The position numbers and the translations under genes are program-made. 64,000 nt of DNA from Candidatus Bathyarchaeota archaeon (GTDB lineage Archaea > Thermoproteota > Bathyarchaeia > TCS64), in contig JBDRQD010000048.1 of the NCBI GenBank assembly GCA_043826455.1, positions 96,001 to 160,000 on the forward strand, in the 5' to 3' direction. Shown piece by piece: positions 58,550 to 64,000 of this stretch. The notes below the pieces were generated by a model. The model searched no databases. It was not told the DNA's origin and was given only the letters and a program-made list of their open reading frames with translations. Numbering within the stretch: the first letter of the stretch is position 1; each line of letters opens with the position of its first letter.

Positions 58550-60177
58550 GCCTTCTCCCACTTGTACTCCATGACTCTTCGGTGGGCCTCCACGTACTCC
58601 TCGCGGCCGAACCCGTTGAGGACCCTCATCCTGAGGAGCCTGTCCACGGCCAGCTGCTTCAGCTGGGCCTCGTCCTGGTACAGGCCCCTGTAGGCGTTGT
58701 ACTCCTTGGCGAACTTGAGGAGGTTCCTGACGCTGACGGGGGCCAGGTACCTCATCTTGCACGCCTCCTGCCTCACCCACGTGGCCAGGTTGAAGACGTG
58801 CTCGGGGAGGGCGTACCTGGCCAGGAGGGCCTGGATGTTCTCCACGGGGGTCTTACACCAGACCACGTGTTTGCCGAACCGGTCAAGGAAGGCCGGGTTG
58901 GGTGCCTCCATAGTGTGGCTGTCCAGGGTGGCCGCCGCCACCACGCTGAACTCCTCGGGCAGAGTGACGCTGGCTCCGTCCACCGGGTTGGTGAAGGTCT
59001 TGTTGTTCATGGCCTCCAGGAGTAGTGCCTGAGCCGCGGGCCTCAGCTCAGAGACGTTGTCCAGGTACAGCATGGGGGACTCGCCCTGCTTCACCTGCAC
59101 GAGTGCGCCGCTGTGCACCGGGGCCTGCCCGGCCTGGGCGCCTGGGTTGAACCCGGCCACCAGCTCCCTCTCAGTGGTCTCCTCGCTGCACTGGAGGTAG
59201 ACCCCGCCCAGCGCACGCTTAAACTGGAGGAGGGTCTCCGTCTTGCCCTCCCCGTCGGGCCCCAGGATGAGGACGTTGTCGTGGAGCCTGACGGCTCTGA
59301 GGATGCGCTTGAGTTCGTCGTCGTGGCCCTTGACGTACCTGGTCACCTCCTTGAGGGCCTCGTCCTTCTCCACCTTGGCCTCGGGCTCCCCGGGCTCGGG
59401 TGCCTCAGCTAGCTCCGCCTCTATGGGCTCCGGCTCAAGCTGCCAGTCCACGCTGTTCTCGAAGATGCCCAGCAGGTCCTCCAGGTCGCCCCCTATGATG
59501 TCCCTCATCTCCGCGGGCATCACGCCGGCGGCCACCAGCCCGGGCAGCCGGACGCTGTAGCTGTGGAGCCTGCTCCTTATGTGGCTGAGCTTGGCGTCGT
59601 CCTCCTCGGTGCCGCCGCCTAGGCCCAGCTCGTTCCTCTTGGCTCTCAGCCTGTTTATCGTTCTCTGTACCTTGTCTATGACGCCTCGGAGCCTGTCGAA
59701 CTCGGCCATGAACTCCTGGGTGCTCAGCTCTCCCCTTGCCCTCTGCTCCTGTCTCTCCTCCAGCTGCCGCCTGGTCTCTAGGAGCGTCTCGTGGGCCTCG
59801 GCTACCTCGTCCCCGATGTCGGCGTACTGCTGGGTGAGTTCCACGGTCTTGTCCATGTACTGGCTGTAGAGCTCTGTGAAGACCTCCCCCATTATCTCGC
59901 CTCGCTCCGCCTTCTCTAGGAGCTTCACCCTCCACAGCATGTAGGCGGCCAGCCTGCCCTCCGGTTTCTCCTCTGGGCTGAGCTCGGTGACGGTGGTTAC
60001 CAGTTCCTCCTTGGCTTTCTCTTCGTTCTCCTGGCGTCTGATGGTTTCGCCGACGGCTTGGAAGGGGTTTTGGGGGGCTTGGGGTGGTAGTCTGCTGCCG
60101 CAGTTGATGCAGGCGGGGCTCCAGGGTACGACGGCCTCGCAGCTGGGGCATTTGACGTGGCTGTCGGGGAAGGTCAA
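58546..60177 (-). CDS. MoxR-like AAA+ ATPase with N-terminal zinc ribbon and coiled coil
   Basis: CPSC..CINC, coiled coil, GPDGEGKT, LLEAMN, AFLDRF, SVRNL. Confidence 0.8.
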   Translation of the reverse strand: MTFPDSHVKCPSCEAVVPWSPACINCGSRLPPQAPQNPFQAVGETIRRQENEEKAKEELVTTVTELSPEEKPEGRLAAYMLWRVKLLEKAERGEIMGEVFTELYSQYMDKTVELTQQYADIGDEVAEAHETLLETRRQLEERQEQRARGELSTQEFMAEFDRLRGVIDKVQRTINRLRAKRNELGLGGGTEEDDAKLSHIRSRLHSYSVRLPGLVAAGVMPAEMRDIIGGDLEDLLGIFENSVDWQLEPEPIEAELAEAPEPGEPEAKVEKDEALKEVTRYVKGHDDELKRILRAVRLHDNVLILGPDGEGKTETLLQFKRALGGVYLQCSEETTERELVAGFNPGAQAGQAPVHSGALVQVKQGESPMLYLDNVSELRPAAQALLLEAMNNKTFTNPVDGASVTLPEEFSVVAAATLDSHTMEAPNPAFLDRFGKHVVWCKTPVENIQALLARYALPEHVFNLATWVRQEACKMRYLAPVSVRNLLKFAKEYNAYRGLYQDEAQLKQLAVDRLLRMRVLNGFGREEYVEAHRRVMEYKWEKA

Positions 60178-60247
60178 CCTTGTTCGGTGTGGGCGTCGCG
60201 GTTCGTAGCTATATATTTTCGAGATCGGTGATCCATATGTGTGGGTG

Positions 60248-60371
60248 TGTGTGCGCGTGGGGGGGAGGGGGAGGGTCCCGTCGCCGCCACCACTTTTCCC
60301 TGTTTTCGGGTTTATTTTCGGGTTCAGAGGCTTTTTTGGGGTTGTTTTGGCGGTGGTGGATGGTGGCGGTG
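60248..60371 (+). repeat. ~125-bp G/T-rich structured repeat, copy 2
   Basis: near-identical to 12137-12262. Confidence 0.85.
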
Positions 60372-60550
60372 GTCGTCGTCGAGCCACCGTGGGGTGGGGG
60401 GTGTCTGTGTGGTTTGGATGGTTTCGTCGGGTGACGTTTTCGGGGGGTGAGCCGGCTCTCCCTGTTTTCGTGGGCTCTGCGTGGGGGTTGGGTTGGCGGT
60501 GGTTGGGGGAGTAAGAATTATATCAGGCGTATCGTGTAGTGGTTGTGCGT

Positions 60551-60624
60551 GCGACCGTAGTCTAGAGGTATGATTTCTGCCTGCCACGCAGAGGGCCCGG
60601 GTTCGAGTCCCGGCGGTCGCACCA
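60551..60624 (+). tRNA. tRNA-Gly(GCC), intron-less, CCA encoded
   Basis: acceptor GCGACCG/CGGTCGC, anticodon stem TCTGC-CT GCC AC-GCAGA, CCGGG-TTCGAGT-CCCGG. Confidence 0.95.
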
Positions 60625-60759
60625 GTTATGATTTGTTCCTGTGCGTCTCGCTTCAACTTATTTGGTGTTTTCAGAGTCATTATGTGGTACCCCCCGGTAT
60701 TTTCATCTGCGGACGCCGAGGAGGCGTGCTATTAATACGCCCCAAGCCTACTCACCTGT

Positions 60760-61929
60760 ATGTTTGACCCATACGAGAAGTACGGGCTGAGACGCGTGGT
60801 GAACGCCGCCACCTGCCTCACCCGTCTCGGCGGCTCGGCCCCCCACCCCAGGGTCATGGAGGCCATGGCCGAGGTGTCCCGGGCCTTCATCCAGATACCC
60901 GTGCTCCAGAAGTGGGCCGGCGACGAGATAGCCAAGGCGACGGGGGCCGAGGCGGGGCTCCCCACCGCGGGGGCGGTGAACGGCATCATGCTGGCCTGCG
61001 CGGCCTGCACCATGAAGGGCACGGAGCTGGAGGGCTACGACCCCCTGGGGCCTGAGACTTGGAGCCACCTGGGCGGCAGGCTGCCCCTGGACACGGGGGG
61101 CCTCAGGACCGAGTTCGTAGCCCAGAGGGTGAACCGGTATAGCTACGATTTCGCTGTCGCCTCCGCTGGTGGCAGGATCGTGGAGACGGAGGCAACCGCC
61201 GAGGCTCTGGACTCGGCCTACGACCCGGATAGGACCGCGGCCTACTACTACACGGTGCGTGGAGGCAGAGGCGTCCCCGTGGACACGGTCATCGAGGTGG
61301 CCCACCGTCACGGCGTCCCCGTCATCGTGGACGCGGCCCCCGACCTCCGGCCTAAGAGCATCCTCACCTACTACACGGGGAAGGGGGCGGACCTGGTGGT
61401 GTTCAGCGGCGGAAAGCACCTGGGCGGCCCCAACAACTCAGGCATCCTCGCAGGCCGAGCCGACCTCATCAAGCTGGCTCACCTCCAGGCGTACCCCTTC
61501 GACGGCATTGGCAGGGCGGCCAAGATGAGCAAGGAGGCCATCGTGGGCCTGGTGGAGGCCCTGTGGCTGTACCTGGAGAGGGACGACGAGGCCTGCTTCA
61601 AGCGCTACGAGGATGGGTGCAGGGAGATCGCTGACAGGCTCAACAAGATACCCGGCGTGGAGGCCGGGGTCACCTACGAGTACACCATCGACGAGGGCCT
61701 GCCCATGACGCCCCTGGCGTACCTGAGCTTGAACGAGGCGGAAACAGGGGTAACTCTGCGCAGGCTCCACGGGGAGCTGAGACGCGGCGACCCCGTGGTG
61801 GAGACCCTGCTGGAGCCCGCGTTCCTCATCCCCGACTACAGGGGCAGGATCACCATAAACCCTGAGTACATGCTGGAGGGAGACGACGAGGTGCTTCTCA
61901 GGCGGGCGAAGGAGATACTCGGAGCCTAG
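60760..61929 (+). CDS. SelA-like PLP-dependent enzyme (DgaE-like)
   Basis: RVVNAATCLTRLGGS, VIVDAA, FSGGKHLGGP, IGRAAKMSKE. Confidence 0.8.
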   Translation: MFDPYEKYGLRRVVNAATCLTRLGGSAPHPRVMEAMAEVSRAFIQIPVLQKWAGDEIAKATGAEAGLPTAGAVNGIMLACAACTMKGTELEGYDPLGPETWSHLGGRLPLDTGGLRTEFVAQRVNRYSYDFAVASAGGRIVETEATAEALDSAYDPDRTAAYYYTVRGGRGVPVDTVIEVAHRHGVPVIVDAAPDLRPKSILTYYTGKGADLVVFSGGKHLGGPNNSGILAGRADLIKLAHLQAYPFDGIGRAAKMSKEAIVGLVEALWLYLERDDEACFKRYEDGCREIADRLNKIPGVEAGVTYEYTIDEGLPMTPLAYLSLNEAETGVTLRRLHGELRRGDPVVETLLEPAFLIPDYRGRITINPEYMLEGDDEVLLRRAKEILGA

Positions 61930-62579
61930 CCTCCGAGCAGCTGAAGGAGCTCCCTGAACTCATCGATGATATAGTCGGGTTTCACCGTCTCCAGGCGCTC
62001 CCTACTGTGGGTGCCCGTGGTGATCCCTATGGTTTTGACGCCGGCACCGATGCCCGCCGTGAGGCCCACGGTGGTGTCGTCCACGAAGATGGCCCTCTCT
62101 CTGGGTACGCCAAGCCTCTCCAGAGTGAGGTTGATCATGTCGGGGGCCGGCTTGGGGTTGGGCACATCCATGAAGCCCACCAGCAGGTTGAAACTGTCCC
62201 GCACGCCCAGCAGCGTGAGGATGCGGTCCGCCTCGGTGTTGGTCTTGTTGGTGGCCAGGCTCTGCATGTAGCCCCGGGCCTTCAGGGTCTCCAGGGTCTC
62301 AGCCACATCTGGCAGCAGCCTCGTGTGCTCTATGTCCTGCTCCTGGAAGTGGGCGATGTACCTGTCCCGCAGCCTCCACACGTCTGGGCGATGCTCCTCC
62401 GGCAGCAGCTCCCTCAAAATTTCTATGAGGCTGTACCCGATGCGGCTCACCACTTCCTCCGGGTTCAGGGGCTCACCTATCTCCCTGAAGGTGAGCCTGA
62501 AGCTGTTCACTATGGCCTGGGTCGCGTCTATGAGCACCCCGTCCAGGTCGTAGATGACCAGGTCCACGCCCTCAAGCAT
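61926..62579 (-). CDS. HAD phosphatase (Gph/PpaX-like)
   Basis: YDLDGVLID, ATNK, PKPAPD, FVDDT. Confidence 0.88.
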   Translation of the reverse strand: MLEGVDLVIYDLDGVLIDATQAIVNSFRLTFREIGEPLNPEEVVSRIGYSLIEILRELLPEEHRPDVWRLRDRYIAHFQEQDIEHTRLLPDVAETLETLKARGYMQSLATNKTNTEADRILTLLGVRDSFNLLVGFMDVPNPKPAPDMINLTLERLGVPRERAIFVDDTTVGLTAGIGAGVKTIGITTGTHSRERLETVKPDYIIDEFRELLQLLGG

Positions 62580-62639
62580 GCCTCTAGGGGCGCGTCGGCC
62601 CCTTAAACCAGTTGTGAAGAAAAGGGGCCAGGGGCTGAG

Positions 62640-63776
62640 CTACTTGCCCTTGGGGAGATTGTAGAGGACCCTGGCCCTGGCCCTATCCAGCTCCCTGATG
62701 GTGGCCCCCAAGTCCATCTTGGCGGGCTCTCCCAGCCTGCTCCTGATGTAGCTGAGGCTCACTATCTGCTGGTTGAAGTTGATGGTCATCTCGGGGCTCA
62801 GGTAAGTGATCTCCGCGCTGCCGAAGCTGTCCGGGAACAGTGTCCTGTAGTTCTCCTCCCACCTGATGTGGTCGTCCAGGCCGCTGTGGTTCCCGAATAT
62901 CAGCATGTTGTACTTCTCGTGGATGGTCTGGATGGCTATGGGTATGCTGGGGTCTATGATGATCTCGTTGAGTATCCTCTCGTCCAGCCTCCTAAACTGG
63001 ACAAGCATGTAGGTGAGCAGGTAGTTGGGGGGTACGAAGAAGTTGGGGAACCTGCACACGGGCATCGCCAGCAGCCTCTCCTGCACCAGGAGGTCGATGC
63101 GCTTCTCCACGGTCTTCCTGTGGAGGCCCGTCCTCTCGCACAGGAGAGTGTGGTTGGTCTTGACGCCCTTGCCGTTCACCAGGCACCTGATGATGTCCAG
63201 GTCCAGCTCGTCAAGGTCGTAGCCCCGCAGCTTCACAGACCCATTCCTGTTGTAGTCCTGCTCTATGAGGTTGATGCCCGTGCTGGGGTTGTACTTGATC
63301 ATGAGCTGGTTGCTGAAGTAGGCCGTGCTGGACTTGAAGTGAGAGTACTCCTCGTCCACCCCGTAGCTGATCTCCAGGATGCTGGGGATGCTGCTCATCC
63401 ACAGCTGGTAGTTGGTGATGTTCTCATGGTAAGTGAAGAGCAGAGTGTCGTACTCCCCCTGCCGGGACCTGAAGGCCGCGAATATCTGGGGGTCCTCGGT
63501 GATCCACTTGATGATGCCCTTGGTGCAGTCCTTGCAGTCAGGGATGTCCACCTTGATGATGGCCAGGACGGGGTAGACCCTGTAGAGGCCGTGGAAGGGG
63601 TAGATGGGGGGGTCCAGGATGTTGTGCCTGAAGATGGTCTCCACCTTGTTCTTGATGGTGTTCCTGTGCTTGCCCAGAATCCTGGAGAGCTCGCTGATGT
63701 TGACACTCACGGCGTTCCCGGACACCAGCTCCTCCAGGAGCTTCAGGTTATCCACGTCGTCTAGCAGCGGTGACAT
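62640..63776 (-). CDS. tandem Lrp/AsnC-like transcriptional regulator
   Basis: two HTH modules (LDDVDNLKLL..GKHRNTIKNKV; LDELDLDII..GLHRKTVEKRI), each followed by a RAM-like domain. Confidence 0.7.
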   Translation of the reverse strand: MSPLLDDVDNLKLLEELVSGNAVSVNISELSRILGKHRNTIKNKVETIFRHNILDPPIYPFHGLYRVYPVLAIIKVDIPDCKDCTKGIIKWITEDPQIFAAFRSRQGEYDTLLFTYHENITNYQLWMSSIPSILEISYGVDEEYSHFKSSTAYFSNQLMIKYNPSTGINLIEQDYNRNGSVKLRGYDLDELDLDIIRCLVNGKGVKTNHTLLCERTGLHRKTVEKRIDLLVQERLLAMPVCRFPNFFVPPNYLLTYMLVQFRRLDERILNEIIIDPSIPIAIQTIHEKYNMLIFGNHSGLDDHIRWEENYRTLFPDSFGSAEITYLSPEMTINFNQQIVSLSYIRSRLGEPAKMDLGATIRELDRARARVLYNLPKGK

Positions 63777-64000
63777 CTTATCCCCTCCCCTGTGGCACTA
63801 ACTTATACTTTCCCGCCTAATAATTACCATAGTTGGATGATTTCCGAGGGGGGAAAGGTTAACATTTACCCCGTGCGAGCATCTAAACATTTACCATCCC
63901 AACACATACGCTATAGCATTTTTTAACATTTTCGATGCCCACCGTGTAAACCCGGTTTATATCAGACACCCATATAGTATCACCCAGGTGAAGGAGGAAG

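Noticed and set aside
60178..60387. N-terminal extension of the 613-aa AAA ORF and other ORFs over the G/T-rich repeat
   Set aside because: Low-complexity translation of the non-coding repeat; a TATA-like element and TTG at 60177 give a better start.
60760..61929. Selenocysteine synthase (selA) call
   Set aside because: No tRNA-Sec, selB/selD or in-frame TGA selenoproteins seen; archaea use PSTK/SepSecS; it is a SelA-like PLP enzyme.

Overview
Gene-dense, GC-rich archaeal chromosome segment. Archaeal r-proteins (uS13, uS4, uS11, eL18, uL13, uS9, eL13), Rpo3/RpoD, pantoate kinase and TATA-type promoters are present; eL13 and the gene families suggest a TACK-group, possibly Bathyarchaeia, host (inference). 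It carries about 65 CDSs (peptidases, PLP enzymes, two ilvB-ilvH pairs plus ilvC, FeoB with a DtxR regulator, a heterodimeric ABC exporter, a degenerate MoxR/vWA pair) and two intron-less, CCA-encoding tRNAs (Lys-CTT, Gly-GCC). No CRISPR array, rRNA, transposase or integrase was recognised. The best candidate for an undescribed system is a conserved leader upstream of both ilvB copies: two back-to-back SD-led mini-ORFs (MG[Y/N][R/C]FV.. then MGYR..I[L/I]) embedded in mutually exclusive hairpins with compensatory changes, suggesting a tandem leader-peptide attenuator sensing Val and Ile/Leu. Other notable signals: a ~125-bp structured G/T-rich repeat next to both tRNAs, a ribosomal operon split as if by a ~46-kb inversion, two small AT-rich islets bounded by direct repeats, TAATAC clusters in convergent intergenic regions, an eL13 with an eL15-like tail, and an Fpg-like protein lacking its catalytic residues.
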